Virus record (IMG/VR): IMGVR_UViG_3300032313_000668
Span: 32,001-96,000 of that record
Strand: one strand, 5' to 3'
DNA: 64,000 nt
Source: a virus
In this document: piece after piece, positions 1 through 10,670 of the stretch
Numbering within the stretch: the stretch's first letter is position 1
Layout of the letters: every line of letters begins with the position of its first letter
Notes under the pieces: model-generated
Seen by the model: only the letters and a program-made list of their open reading frames with translations
The model's database searches: none
What the model was told of the DNA's origin: nothing
Translations under genes and position numbers: made by a program

Positions 1-127
1 TGGCATCTACCTCTTCTTTAGGCATGCTCGGACTGAGTTTAGTTTCGTATGACTCACCAGAAACGGATACGACCTTAGCTAAATACGGCCTTGTACCTTT
101 GGTGTATATAGCGCTGTAGTTAATCAT
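1..127 (-). CDS. hypothetical protein, 5' part only (runs off the window)
   Basis: ATG at 127 overlaps the tail fiber TGA (ATGA); open frame MINYSAIYTKGTRPYLAKV... to the window edge. Confidence 0.7.
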   Translation of the reverse strand, partial: MINYSAIYTKGTRPYLAKVVSVSGESYETKLSPSMPKEEVDA

Positions 128-1704
128 TTTGCTTCCTTTAGTCTCTGAATCTCTTCTTTAAGAGAGTCTATCTCATTTTGGTGTTTCTTGAGTAAATCTA
201 TGACGTAAACAGAGAGAAGGTCATAACGGAGCGAAGCAGGAAGTCCTTCGTTATCATACCAAATTACTTCTTCAATTCCAGCCTCTAAAACCTCTTCAGC
301 CATGAATCCAAGGACCCAGGGTCTATTGTAGGTTTCCCCGTATTGTTGGTCTCGATGTCCAGCTTTATATTTAAAAGTTTTTGCTTGAAGGTTAAGAAGC
401 TTTGTGCCATCTACTTCGTAGTCAGCAATGTCTTTTTTAAATCGTATAGAAGATGATGGAGGTTGGTTGTTTGCTGGGTGGGTATGGTTTCCATTTGCGA
501 GAGAACCATTTGTATTACTTATATTTAAATCAAGAAAAGCCGCTAAACTTCCACGTTGCGATTTAGAAATAGTACCAGCTATTACACCAACTGTACTGTT
601 GGCTAATATCGTACCACCGCTACTTGTGGCAACATGTCTTGGAGAAAGGCAGCCATCTATCATTTGGAGACTACCAACTGAATCTGTTGCCATTTTTGGC
701 TGAGTTACAGCTAGGTTTGCAATTTTTGCAGTGGTAACAGAGCCATTTGCTGGTGGGAAAGTAACGTCAGTCGCGATTTTAACCTGTGTAACCGCTCTAT
801 CAATAAGCTCGCCTGTTCCTACAGCCAAAGGGCCAATATTTAACTGACCGATGGTGTTATCAGCAATGTGGTTTTTAATTCCTTTAGAGCCAGATATTTG
901 ATTGGCAGCAATTTTGGCAGATGTAACTGAATCACCCACGATAGCGTTTGTGTCAACAGAGTTATTTCCTAGCTCTGATGAACCAATCGCGTCTAGACCA
1001 ATAGCAGTAGCATCCACGGAACCTGATGCGTAGTGCTCTGAGTCAATAGAGCGGTCTATGTATTCAGCTGAGTCTACGGAGTTATCTGCCATCTCGCCGT
1101 TTTCAACAGCGTTTAATCCGATTGCAGCTGCGTTAACAGAACCAGATGAGTAGTGTTCAGCATCAATTGAAAAGTCAATATACTCGGTCGAGTCAATAGA
1201 GTTGTCTGCCATTTCGCCATTTTGAATAGCATTTAGACCAACTGCATTATTGTCTACAGAACCGATTGAGTAATGCTCGGAGTCAATTGAATTATCTATG
1301 TACTCAGCTGAATCAACAGAGTTGTCTGTCATTTCACCGTTTCCTACAGCATTAACACCGATTGCGTTAATATCAACGGAACCCACTCCATAGTGTTCGG
1401 TATCAATTGAGCCGTCAATATAGTTTTCTGAATCAACAGCGTTCGCATCAAGTTCAGAATTTCCTACGGAGTCTGCAGCAAGCTTTGCTGCATTAACTGC
1501 GTTATCTTCAATTGTAGAATTTACGACAGCATTAAGAGCTAGCTGGTCAGTTGCTACGGCACGCGGTTGGATGTTCCCGCGAAGAACAGCCTGGTTTCCA
1601 ATCCTTGATGGCGAAGGTTTTCCTTCTAGGAACTTGAGCCTGCGCTGCACATCAGAGATGTTTCCAGTAATTGTTTTACGACTTGAGCGACGTCTGCTAG
1701 CCAT
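124..1704 (-). CDS. tail fiber/spike with tandem repeats and C-terminal intramolecular chaperone (peptidase S74-like)
   Basis: 10/40-aa periodic repeats (VDSAEYIDxSIDxEHY...); SSIRFKKDI autocleavage motif, GFMAEEV and terminal coiled coil; follows the minor tail genes. Confidence 0.85.
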   Translation of the reverse strand: MASRRRSSRKTITGNISDVQRRLKFLEGKPSPSRIGNQAVLRGNIQPRAVATDQLALNAVVNSTIEDNAVNAAKLAADSVGNSELDANAVDSENYIDGSIDTEHYGVGSVDINAIGVNAVGNGEMTDNSVDSAEYIDNSIDSEHYSIGSVDNNAVGLNAIQNGEMADNSIDSTEYIDFSIDAEHYSSGSVNAAAIGLNAVENGEMADNSVDSAEYIDRSIDSEHYASGSVDATAIGLDAIGSSELGNNSVDTNAIVGDSVTSAKIAANQISGSKGIKNHIADNTIGQLNIGPLAVGTGELIDRAVTQVKIATDVTFPPANGSVTTAKIANLAVTQPKMATDSVGSLQMIDGCLSPRHVATSSGGTILANSTVGVIAGTISKSQRGSLAAFLDLNISNTNGSLANGNHTHPANNQPPSSSIRFKKDIADYEVDGTKLLNLQAKTFKYKAGHRDQQYGETYNRPWVLGFMAEEVLEAGIEEVIWYDNEGLPASLRYDLLSVYVIDLLKKHQNEIDSLKEEIQRLKEAK

Positions 1705-3703
1705 TTCTTTGTGTCTTCCAATCTGTTATTAGTTCTAGTTCTACTGCTTCGGGGAATGTCGGACTGTCTGGAACACTCACCTTAATAGAGTTTATCTTTC
1801 GGTATAAACGGTCATCTAGTGGTTCTTGGTCGCTTGCAAGGCGTTGAAGCACAAACTCATCATCAGCAGAGAAAGTGCACCAATCCCCTGGGTAGTATGA
1901 CCCAACAATCGGAGCAAGCGAGCCATTTACAGCGATGCTATATGTCCCAACTGGTGGTCTGGATTCGTTGAGGTAGTCAAGTGCATAGTTATATAGAGAC
2001 TCTTCATCCTCCACTGAATCCATTTTCTCAACTTGGTCAAGAAGTGGCCAGCTACGACCGCTTTTGTTGTTAAGCATGTCTTTTGCAGATGCTCCTGCGT
2101 AAGGCTGACTTGCATCGTCTGTAAGGTCTTCAATATTTCCAACTACAAAAAATCTAGTAGAGGCATCTTCTGCAGTTTCATCAATAGCAAAGTTGATAAC
2201 ATTTCCAGGATAGATAAACATTAAATCTTCTGCGCCTAGTTCTTTTGGTGTAAGTTTTTCTCCAGTTTCAGAGTTATATCTAGTCTCCTGACCAAACCAC
2301 ATTGTGCGTGTAAATTGACCAGTATCGAAGTCATAGTCGCAGTCAATTCGATAATCAAATCCACCCTCGGTTGTGTTGGAATATTTCTCAAGAATTTCTC
2401 CAACAGTTAGCTGCTCAAAACCACGAATAACTTGAGTATCTTGATAAAACCCACTCAATATAGTTCCAAATGGTTCGCTGTAGTAGTCAATGTCAATGTC
2501 ACCGTTTGCAGTAAAGCTACCGTAATCTCCGTAAATAACTTTTGAACCTAAAGTAGCAACTCCACCTCTTGCTGATTCAGGTGGTACGTCTAAAATTCCT
2601 CCAGACTTAAAAGTAAAACTATTAGCAGTAGGAGTCCCAGTAATTGTAAAACGACCATTAAAAATTGTGTCAAGTCGACCAGATAGGTAGGAGTCAATAC
2701 CAGTCACAATTACAGTCTCCCCGACTGAAGCCTGGTGATTACTTTCCAAGGTTAATAGTGCAGTGAAATTTGTAAGCTGCTTTGTTGTGACGTTTAATGT
2801 TCTTAAACCAGGCAAAGAAGTTGTAGGAACATCTGGACCGTTTAGCTCAAAACGAATTGTTCTGTTGTCTGGAACCTCGGTGCATGTGTGTATACCGTCA
2901 AGGTTAGAGCCGACTTCAACAACTTGAATTTCTTGACCAGGAATGACATCGTGGTTTGTAGAAGTTTTAAGAGTTACTACTCCTCCAGAACGCTGCTTTG
3001 AGACAATTGAAACTTGAATTTCTTTAGCTGGCTTGATTACTTCATTAGGGAATCCTAGTCCACCTAAATCTGTAGACATTCTATAAATAAGGTCACGAGC
3101 AAAGTCATAGTTATCAACCAAGCTACGGAAAGCGCCACTGATAATTCCAGTGCCACTTCCATTTGCAGAAGTAGTAGCAAACTGGAAGGTTGTTGCACTT
3201 TGAACGTTAGTAATAGTGTGGATACCATCAACAAGAGGGCTAGTAAAAGTAATTTTTACTTTATCTCCAGCAGAGAACCCGTGAGGTGTTTCAGTTGTTA
3301 TGGTGGCTACTTGGCTGACAATTGAGAAACTAGGGATACCAATAAAATCTGAACCATATTGGATTGTTTGCCAGATATTGCGGTGATAGAAGTAGCTTGT
3401 AAATTCTGCTCCTTCTACTCCCATATTTCTAGAAGCAACATCATAAGAGCGTGACCACACCATTCCGCCCCAAACACAGACGTTGTTGCGAACAACATAC
3501 AAACCAGTGCGTCCTGGCATCGTGGACTCGTAAAGGTTTATTCCTTTGGTTGCTTCAATAAATGGGATGGTTCCGCTAAACCCACCAGCTCTTTTATTTG
3601 CACGCTCGAAGGAGACACCTTTAAAAGGTACTTCTGCAATGACCTGATTTGAGAGTAGGTCAGTAAGGAAGTATCGGTAACTAACTTCTGTTTGTAATGA
3701 CAT
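1697..3703 (-). CDS. minor tail protein (ReqiPepy6 Gp37-like) with three inserted beta-rich repeat modules
   Basis: YRYFLTDLLS...VWGGMVWSRSYD N-terminus; TTETPHGF..GD.V.I modules; second gene after the tape measure. Confidence 0.8.
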   Translation of the reverse strand: MSLQTEVSYRYFLTDLLSNQVIAEVPFKGVSFERANKRAGGFSGTIPFIEATKGINLYESTMPGRTGLYVVRNNVCVWGGMVWSRSYDVASRNMGVEGAEFTSYFYHRNIWQTIQYGSDFIGIPSFSIVSQVATITTETPHGFSAGDKVKITFTSPLVDGIHTITNVQSATTFQFATTSANGSGTGIISGAFRSLVDNYDFARDLIYRMSTDLGGLGFPNEVIKPAKEIQVSIVSKQRSGGVVTLKTSTNHDVIPGQEIQVVEVGSNLDGIHTCTEVPDNRTIRFELNGPDVPTTSLPGLRTLNVTTKQLTNFTALLTLESNHQASVGETVIVTGIDSYLSGRLDTIFNGRFTITGTPTANSFTFKSGGILDVPPESARGGVATLGSKVIYGDYGSFTANGDIDIDYYSEPFGTILSGFYQDTQVIRGFEQLTVGEILEKYSNTTEGGFDYRIDCDYDFDTGQFTRTMWFGQETRYNSETGEKLTPKELGAEDLMFIYPGNVINFAIDETAEDASTRFFVVGNIEDLTDDASQPYAGASAKDMLNNKSGRSWPLLDQVEKMDSVEDEESLYNYALDYLNESRPPVGTYSIAVNGSLAPIVGSYYPGDWCTFSADDEFVLQRLASDQEPLDDRLYRKINSIKVSVPDSPTFPEAVELELITDWKTQRNG

Positions 3704-3731
3704 CGTTCGTCCTGTCTATTGTCGTTAAGTG

Positions 3732-6053
3732 TTAGCCGAGCCAACCAGAGCGGTAATACACCCTTAAGGATGCCGTACTTTCTGGGTTCCCATTGTCGTA
3801 AAACTCAATCTGGTTTTCTCCAGGAGCAAGCTCAATAAAGTCTGCCAAGATATCAATTCTACCTCTTGCACCATTTACATCACCGTTAAAAGCTACTTCT
3901 TTATTCTTGGTGTCTATCTCAAGGATGTCTGCGCTCAATACAGCGGAAGCACCAGATATTCCAGGGAAGAACTGAATGTCGTTCTTCTGAATTGCTTTAC
4001 CAGCTGAGAAAGTCCTAGCAATAGTGTCAGAAACAGTCGCCACTCCGTTTACTCCCCGAAATGCAAGAGTTCCAGCAACTGTTGCTTGTCCCGCTGGGAT
4101 TACATCTTGAAGATTAATAGTCCCTGGGATTTCAGCAAAGGCACCAGTTACGTCAGCTGCAACAACATTACCTGCTGTTTTTTGATATGTAAAAGTATTG
4201 GCTGTTGGGATAGAAACAACGGTGTATGTTCCATTAAAAGTTGCATCGATTCCACTTATAACAACTTGCTCACCGAGGAGCATACCGTGAGAGTTTGTAG
4301 TAGTTATTGTTACTATGTTTCCAATAAGTCCTCTTGACTTAATTACACGCTTACGGGAACGAACTACTACGTTGTTAACGGTAGTTGCATTAATACTAGT
4401 CAGTCCAGTTTTTGTAAATGTAAAAGTAGTGCTGGATGGCAAAGTTGTAATTGCGTAGGTTCCATCTAGTGTGCTACTTCCCTCGATGGTGACGTCCTCA
4501 CCTACAAGGAAGTTGTGATTTTCAGAAGTAGTAATGGTTACAGTAGTACCAGATACAGCCGTTAGTGCGACAGATTTTTGAGTAGAGCGAACTCTTTTAT
4601 ATGAAAATGTATCTGAAGTAACTGCAGAAATTGTATATCCACCATTTAGAGAAATGTCTACTGCTGTTATGTTTACTGGTTCAGCCGCAATGAACCCGTG
4701 TACCTCAGAGGTTGTCAGGGTTACAACATCGTTTGTCATTATTTTGGAGATAATGCTGCGAGCATTAGTACGGGTGGCAGCATATGAAAATTGATTTGGA
4801 GAAGGTATGTCAGTAATAATTGCTGAAACTTCATTATAGTTTTCATCAATACCAGTTACGGTTACTGCTTCTCTTAAAATAAACTGGTGAGGGTCGGTTG
4901 TTGTGAGTGTTGCGATATTAGAAACAAGTACTGCACCAATAACATTTCTTGGTGGAATACGGGTTTTTGGAAAAGTAAAAGTAGTAGACGAAGGCGTAGA
5001 TGCTATTGAATAGTTGCCATCAAAAACAGCATCTACTCCAGCAACAGTAATTTGCTGACCACTAGTAAACCCATGCGGTGTAGTTGTTTCTATTGTAGCT
5101 ACACTGCTTTGTAAAGTCTTATGAGAGACATTTCTTACGGTTGCTGCATCAGCTTCAAATGTAAATGTGGTGTCAGTTGGTACTGAAATAATAAGCTGGT
5201 CACCGTCAAAAGGCTCACCCACACCAGAGATGTAAACAGAATCTCCTGCTTTGAAGTCGTGCTTTGCTGTAGTTGTTAGTGTTGCAATATCTTTAAGAAC
5301 TGTAACGTCATATTCAAGTTGCTTATTTACAATATTGCGAGAGATACTGCCTTTTAGACCTTGAACGATTCCAATAAGTTGATTAGTTGTTCTATTCCAA
5401 ATCTCTCCTGGAGCAGTAAGCTCTCCAGTTACTTCGAGGTAACACGGTACTTGATAGTTTCCAATATTAGTTACAGTGTCAATTCCGTCGTAGTTAAGGT
5501 CTGAATTCTTTGCTGGAATTTCTACATAGTTGTAACCATCTGGGTCAACATCGTTCCATGCGTACTTAATTGGGTCTGGAGCGCGAAGGGGGATTGAAAA
5601 CTCGGTGCGTCCACGAGCATTAACAGTGTTAATTTCTACATCGCCAGCAAGACGAACAAAAGAAGCGCGAATTGGGTTGTTACCAGTCTTTAGCCAAGCA
5701 CCTTTGTATACAAGATTTGTTGCAGCAACAAGTCGGTCACGGGCAGCTTCAACGAGTGCTGGGTCTGGTACAAGGAAGGTTCCAGTTAGATTTAAAGAGC
5801 GAGCAACATACTTTCCCTGAACATCATATGAGCCATCGCCCCAACCGCGCTCAATATCTGGTACTTCTGCAGATGGGTGTTGCCACCAACCTTCAATGTC
5901 GCTAATTACCCAAGTAACACCAAACTCATCAATAGTGTTAAAGATAAAGTCTCCAAGAATAATGTTTCCTTGAAGTTTTAGTTTTTCAATTTCATTTGGC
6001 TGTAAAGGTGTCAGCCCTCGATTGACATAATAGTTCTCTCTAGCTTGTGACAT
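3732..6053 (-). CDS. distal tail (Dit-like) protein with about six inserted repeat modules
   Basis: Directly after the tape measure; IEGWW, LRAPDPIKY, LAPGENQI and terminal YRSGWLG motifs. Confidence 0.85.
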   Translation of the reverse strand: MSQARENYYVNRGLTPLQPNEIEKLKLQGNIILGDFIFNTIDEFGVTWVISDIEGWWQHPSAEVPDIERGWGDGSYDVQGKYVARSLNLTGTFLVPDPALVEAARDRLVAATNLVYKGAWLKTGNNPIRASFVRLAGDVEINTVNARGRTEFSIPLRAPDPIKYAWNDVDPDGYNYVEIPAKNSDLNYDGIDTVTNIGNYQVPCYLEVTGELTAPGEIWNRTTNQLIGIVQGLKGSISRNIVNKQLEYDVTVLKDIATLTTTAKHDFKAGDSVYISGVGEPFDGDQLIISVPTDTTFTFEADAATVRNVSHKTLQSSVATIETTTPHGFTSGQQITVAGVDAVFDGNYSIASTPSSTTFTFPKTRIPPRNVIGAVLVSNIATLTTTDPHQFILREAVTVTGIDENYNEVSAIITDIPSPNQFSYAATRTNARSIISKIMTNDVVTLTTSEVHGFIAAEPVNITAVDISLNGGYTISAVTSDTFSYKRVRSTQKSVALTAVSGTTVTITTSENHNFLVGEDVTIEGSSTLDGTYAITTLPSSTTFTFTKTGLTSINATTVNNVVVRSRKRVIKSRGLIGNIVTITTTNSHGMLLGEQVVISGIDATFNGTYTVVSIPTANTFTYQKTAGNVVAADVTGAFAEIPGTINLQDVIPAGQATVAGTLAFRGVNGVATVSDTIARTFSAGKAIQKNDIQFFPGISGASAVLSADILEIDTKNKEVAFNGDVNGARGRIDILADFIELAPGENQIEFYDNGNPESTASLRVYYRSGWLG

Positions 6054-9000
6054 TATGCGGCACCTTTTCTCATTGTCTGGGCTAGCTTACGTGAAACAAG
6101 CTCAGCGAGTTGTCTTTCATCCATACCAGCAGATGGGTAAACGTTGATAGTTGTTCCACCGCGGGAACCGCCACTCATAAAATCAATCATTGCCTTGTCA
6201 CGCTTTGATAAGCCATCAGCATCAAGAGGCTCTACACGCTCTGCTTTACCAGCTTCACCAATAAGAGCCATCATTCCACCGTTTGTTGCTGGAACAACTC
6301 CACCTCGAGCAAGACGAGGGAATCCAAGTTCAATCTTAGGAATCTGAACACCTAGTACGTTAAAGCCACCAATTGTAAGTTTCTTGCTTGCTACGTTGTT
6401 ATTCCACCAAGCTTTTGCTGCAGCCCAGGCAGCTTGTAGACCGCTTCCTAGTGCATTCCAAAGTCCAGATAGTCCAGCAGCAAACTTAGCTGGAAGACTC
6501 TTTAAGAAGTTAGGAACAGTATTGGTGAAGAAGCCAGTTACATTGCCCCAAGCGGTCTTAGCTGCGTCAAAGAGGAAGGTCCAAATCTTTCCTGCAAATC
6601 CAAGAACCTTGCCAGGAAGTTCTTTATAGAAAGTCCAAACAGTTGTAAACCATGAAACAAGTAATCCCCACGCCTTAACAGCAGCGTCCTTGAGGAAGTC
6701 CCAGACTTTACCAGCAAATCCAAGAACCTTACCTGGTAGAGCTCGGTAGAAGTCCCAAGCAACGGTGAACCATGTAACAAGTTGATTCCATGCATTTACT
6801 GCAGCATCTTTTAGGAAGTTCCAAACTTTGCCCGCAAATTCCATTACCTTGCCAGGAAGAGCAACAAGCCAAGGGAACACAGTGTTAGTAAAGAATCCTG
6901 TTATTTCTGGCCAGAACTTAATAAGCAACATCGGAAGTGGGAACAGAATGAAAGCAATAATTTCTAGAGCTTTTTTGAAGAAGTCACCAATTCCAGGGAG
7001 GAAAGACTGAGTAAACCAAGTTGAAACATTCTTCCAAGCGTTTTTTAGGAAGGTTAATAATCCATTCCACATATCGCCAAATATTTTTCCTAGTTTAGGA
7101 ACTAGGTCTTTAAAGAAGGCAACAATCTTGTCCCAGTTTTCAATAATAAGTGGAAGTACTAAGAATATAATTCCGATAGGTCCGCCAATAAATGCTAGGG
7201 CCTTACCAGCAAGACGTAAGCCCTTACTAGCTACAGTAGCTGCAGCTCCAAGACCTCTCATTGCAATTGACTTAGTATTTGCAGCAACAGTGCTTGTAGC
7301 CATGGCTGTTCTTGCTCGAGTTGATGCAGGGGCTACAAGACCAATAGCTCGCGCTGCTTGGTCAGCAGATATTTGAACACCCTTCATGGCTGCTTGCTTT
7401 TGCTTATCAACAATCATCTGCTTCTGAAGCTCGGTGCGAGCTAATGCAGAACCAGAGCGAAGTTTTCCAAACGGGTCTTTAATAAAACCAAGGGTTTTTG
7501 TTATAGTTCCACCTATTTTGAGGAACGTTCCGATAATAGCTTGTCCTACAAATTTAACTGTTCGGAAGACAAGACCAAAACCCTTGCTAAGACCAATTAC
7601 AACACCGAGTACCCCAAGAATTTTTTGAACAATTGAGTTACCGAATATAGTGTTAGCAATATCTAGAGCACCGTTAAGGACTTTAAAGAAAGTCTCAATG
7701 GAGCCGCTGTCAGTTAGCTTTTCTGAGAGAAGAGCGAACTTTTCAATGAAAGTACCTAAACCAGAAGCGGCTCCATCTGGACCAGTAAGCTTCTCACCGA
7801 TACGACCAAAGGTGTCAACAGCGCGACTTAGGGAGTCGGTAAATTCACCAACACCTTCATTGTCACCAAGCTTAAGAAGCTCTGCAACTATGTTTCCGAT
7901 TAGGCTTAACACCTTTGTAAAGTTTTCTGTAGCGTTGTTGAAAAACTCTTTTAGGCTTCCGTCTTCTCTACCAGCAGATGTAAAGTCCCGAAAGCGCTCG
8001 GCGGCAGTCTTAAAGTAGTCGTTAAGAATATCAACTGCTCCACCCTCTTCGGTGATGACGGCAAAGATATCTTTAAGACCGTCCCAGAAAATACCGAGGT
8101 ACTCACCAATGTCAGCAGTAATCTCGCCTAGACGGTCAAACTTTTTAGTTAAAGCTCCCGATTGATTATTTAGCTTCTGTGTTTCTGCCCAAGCACCAGT
8201 TACTTTTACAAGCCACTCTCCAAATTTTGTAATAAGAGGGCCAGCTGCTTCTAAAATATTTAGGAATCCTGTATAAAGATTTCCTACTACCGTACCTAGG
8301 TTTCCAATAAGCTTGTCGTTGGTTTTCCAAACGCTTTCTAGACTCTTAAGATTGTCAGCATCAGTAATAACATTTGAAAGTTCAATAGCAACATCGCCAA
8401 GAGCCTTACCAGTTCCCTCAAGGAGTGGGTTAAGAACTGGGAATAGGTTGTCAACAAGATTCTGAATTGCAGTTTCAAGTCTTGGGAAAAGCTCTTTACC
8501 AGCAGAAGCTTTAAGTTTTTTAAACTCGTCTTGAATGCTTATTAAAAAGCGAACAAACTTTTGAGCTTCTGGTGAAAGTTTAGCCATTGCATCAGCAAAT
8601 GCGTCAGCAGCACCACCGCCACCCTTTGCATCTGCAAGGTCTTTCCTGGCTTCTTTTACAGCATCGTTTGCATCTGCAAGAGCTCTATTAATATCTCGGA
8701 ATGCTTTTCCACTGTCTATATCTGCTTTTGACTGATTAGCTTCTGCTACGGCTCGGGCAGCATCAATTTCAGCTCGTGAAGAATCAATTTTTGCATCAGC
8801 TTGAGCTTGCTGGGCATCTTTAACTTCTTGAGTTTGCATAATGTCTTGAGCACGCATCTTTGCAACTTCAACAGTCTTTTTCTTTTCTTCGTCTTTTAAA
8901 TCTTTGTTTCGGTCAATTGCTTTACGCAAGTTTAGGTCGGCCTCAGCAAATGCAAGCTCTGCTTCTTGACGTGCGCGAGAGTTAGGTGGGAGGTCTTGGA

Positions 9001-9826
9001 CGCGCTGTAGGGAATCACGAGCCTTCTCAAATTCAATACGGGCTTTCTTTTCAGAGATAGCCCCGCCTTCAGTCTCAAAGCGAAGTTGTTGTAGAGACTC
9101 AATAGCATCTTCGCGAGCCTTAGTTACATCTTTAATAACCTTTTCAGTGTTACGCTGAGCTGCTTCATAAGAACGCTCTGAACGCTTTGCTGAAATAATT
9201 GCATCCATAGCACTGCGCTGCGCGTCTGCATTAGCTTGTTTAATATCTTTAATCTGGTCTACACGGTCTTGCTCAACTCGGAAAAGAGCAAGCTGTGCTT
9301 TTTCAAGTCGTTTATTGGCTGCTTCTACAGCTTTTGCTTGAGCAGCAGAGCCTTGAGAAAGTTTTAATCCTGCTGAAAGTGCAGCTCCAACACCAGAAAG
9401 TGCAAGCTTCAAAGTTATAGCAGATTGAATTAGAGCAGTAAAAGCTCCACCCAATACAAGAATACCGCTAGTGGCTGCAGCGCCTGCTGCAGCACCAAGA
9501 GTTACAAGTCCTGCACCAAGTGCGCCAAGAACTCCAGCAAGAGCAGAGAATGCTGGTGCAGCAAAAAATCCTGCTTGAGTAAGACGACGAAGTTTTACAC
9601 GAGCTCTTTCTGCATCTTTTTCAAAGCTAGAGCCAAGAGCTCGACCTAAGGCTCCGCCTCGGCCACCTCCACCGCCGCTTGACATGGACTCATTTAAAGC
9701 ATTTGAGATATCTCTTCCAGCATCTCTACCAATATCATCTAAGCCAGTAAAAGCACGCTGAATTTCTGGGCGAACACGGTTAGTGAGAGCACGGACAACT
9801 ACGTATGCGTCTCCTACAACTGCCAT
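6053..9826 (-). CDS. tape measure protein
   Basis: Long Ala/Gly-rich helical protein with aromatic periodic repeats and C-terminal LARGGVV...IGEAG; follows the tail assembly chaperones. Confidence 0.93.
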   Translation of the reverse strand: MAVVGDAYVVVRALTNRVRPEIQRAFTGLDDIGRDAGRDISNALNESMSSGGGGGRGGALGRALGSSFEKDAERARVKLRRLTQAGFFAAPAFSALAGVLGALGAGLVTLGAAAGAAATSGILVLGGAFTALIQSAITLKLALSGVGAALSAGLKLSQGSAAQAKAVEAANKRLEKAQLALFRVEQDRVDQIKDIKQANADAQRSAMDAIISAKRSERSYEAAQRNTEKVIKDVTKAREDAIESLQQLRFETEGGAISEKKARIEFEKARDSLQRVQDLPPNSRARQEAELAFAEADLNLRKAIDRNKDLKDEEKKKTVEVAKMRAQDIMQTQEVKDAQQAQADAKIDSSRAEIDAARAVAEANQSKADIDSGKAFRDINRALADANDAVKEARKDLADAKGGGGAADAFADAMAKLSPEAQKFVRFLISIQDEFKKLKASAGKELFPRLETAIQNLVDNLFPVLNPLLEGTGKALGDVAIELSNVITDADNLKSLESVWKTNDKLIGNLGTVVGNLYTGFLNILEAAGPLITKFGEWLVKVTGAWAETQKLNNQSGALTKKFDRLGEITADIGEYLGIFWDGLKDIFAVITEEGGAVDILNDYFKTAAERFRDFTSAGREDGSLKEFFNNATENFTKVLSLIGNIVAELLKLGDNEGVGEFTDSLSRAVDTFGRIGEKLTGPDGAASGLGTFIEKFALLSEKLTDSGSIETFFKVLNGALDIANTIFGNSIVQKILGVLGVVIGLSKGFGLVFRTVKFVGQAIIGTFLKIGGTITKTLGFIKDPFGKLRSGSALARTELQKQMIVDKQKQAAMKGVQISADQAARAIGLVAPASTRARTAMATSTVAANTKSIAMRGLGAAATVASKGLRLAGKALAFIGGPIGIIFLVLPLIIENWDKIVAFFKDLVPKLGKIFGDMWNGLLTFLKNAWKNVSTWFTQSFLPGIGDFFKKALEIIAFILFPLPMLLIKFWPEITGFFTNTVFPWLVALPGKVMEFAGKVWNFLKDAAVNAWNQLVTWFTVAWDFYRALPGKVLGFAGKVWDFLKDAAVKAWGLLVSWFTTVWTFYKELPGKVLGFAGKIWTFLFDAAKTAWGNVTGFFTNTVPNFLKSLPAKFAAGLSGLWNALGSGLQAAWAAAKAWWNNNVASKKLTIGGFNVLGVQIPKIELGFPRLARGGVVPATNGGMMALIGEAGKAERVEPLDADGLSKRDKAMIDFMSGGSRGGTTINVYPSAGMDERQLAELVSRKLAQTMRKGAA

Positions 9827-9848
9827 GCTCTCACCTCCGTTTCGTTAA

Positions 9849-10298
9849 TTAATTAAGTGGTGCGTCTAGAACCTTGCCAAAAGGCAAAGGACTATCTACA
9901 TCCATATCTGTTGCTGGTACAAATGGTTTTACAGTTTTTGGTGTGTTATTGGTTGGGTCAAACGGAGTGATGTCATTGTCATCATAAAATCCATCCGTAG
10001 GAATCGATGTGCCATCTGCAGCAAACATATTAGAACTACTGCTTGATGACGAATTGATTGCATACTTGTAAGTGGTGCCATACAGAGTTCTATAGACCGA
10101 AGAACGCGTATCCGACCGAACTTGTTGCTGTTCTGCAGAGGCGACAGCAAGGTCATCTTCGAAGAAGTAATGAATTACATCAACCATTTCCGTTGCCTCC
10201 ATCTCTGCTAGTCGTAGCCCGCTCACAAGAGCCTTTCCGTTAACGTAAGGCCAGAGGTCTATTGCCCACTCGATGAGTGCTCTGGCCGCTGTGTAGGG
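9849..10298 (-). CDS. tail assembly chaperone, -1 frameshift extension (gpGT-like)
   Basis: The -1 frame is open from CCC TAC at about 10298 (PYTAARALIEWAIDLWPYVNGKAL...) into ORF 9849..10226. Confidence 0.75.
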   Translation of the reverse strand, partial: PYTAARALIEWAIDLWPYVNGKALVSGLRLAEMEATEMVDVIHYFFEDDLAVASAEQQQVRSDTRSSVYRTLYGTTYKYAINSSSSSSSNMFAADGTSIPTDGFYDDNDITPFDPTNNTPKTVKPFVPATDMDVDSPLPFGKVLDAPLN

Positions 10299-10606
10299 CG
10301 GCTTGAATACTCCTCAACCAGCCATGCGGTGATGTCGCCAAGGGCATCGACTGTAACAATCTTTTCTGGGTCAATTAGTAGTGCGTTGAAGCGCTCTGCA
10401 CTCTCTGGGAGAAGTGCTACGTTAAAGAATTCGGTGATGCTTTTTGCAGCACCAGCACCGTCATCAGAAGCGTTTGCAATGATGTCGAGTAGTGTCTTTC
10501 CCTGTAAATTAGGTCGGCACGAAAACTCTTCACCGTGGAGCTTAAATGAGAGTGGGGTCTTGGTAACGTCCCCGCCCGAACCAAAGTCCTTAAATCGGTT
10601 TGTCAT
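10259..10606 (-). CDS. tail assembly chaperone (gpG-like)
   Basis: Upstream of the tape measure; ends WLVEEYSSRPT, as in actinophage chaperones. Confidence 0.85.
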   Translation of the reverse strand: MTNRFKDFGSGGDVTKTPLSFKLHGEEFSCRPNLQGKTLLDIIANASDDGAGAAKSITEFFNVALLPESAERFNALLIDPEKIVTVDALGDITAWLVEEYSSRPTQRPEHSSSGQ

Positions 10607-10670
10607 CTGTTTTCCTTATCTTGTGTCTTTGATATCCAGCGGTTGCTGCATACCATTGTTCCTACTTATT

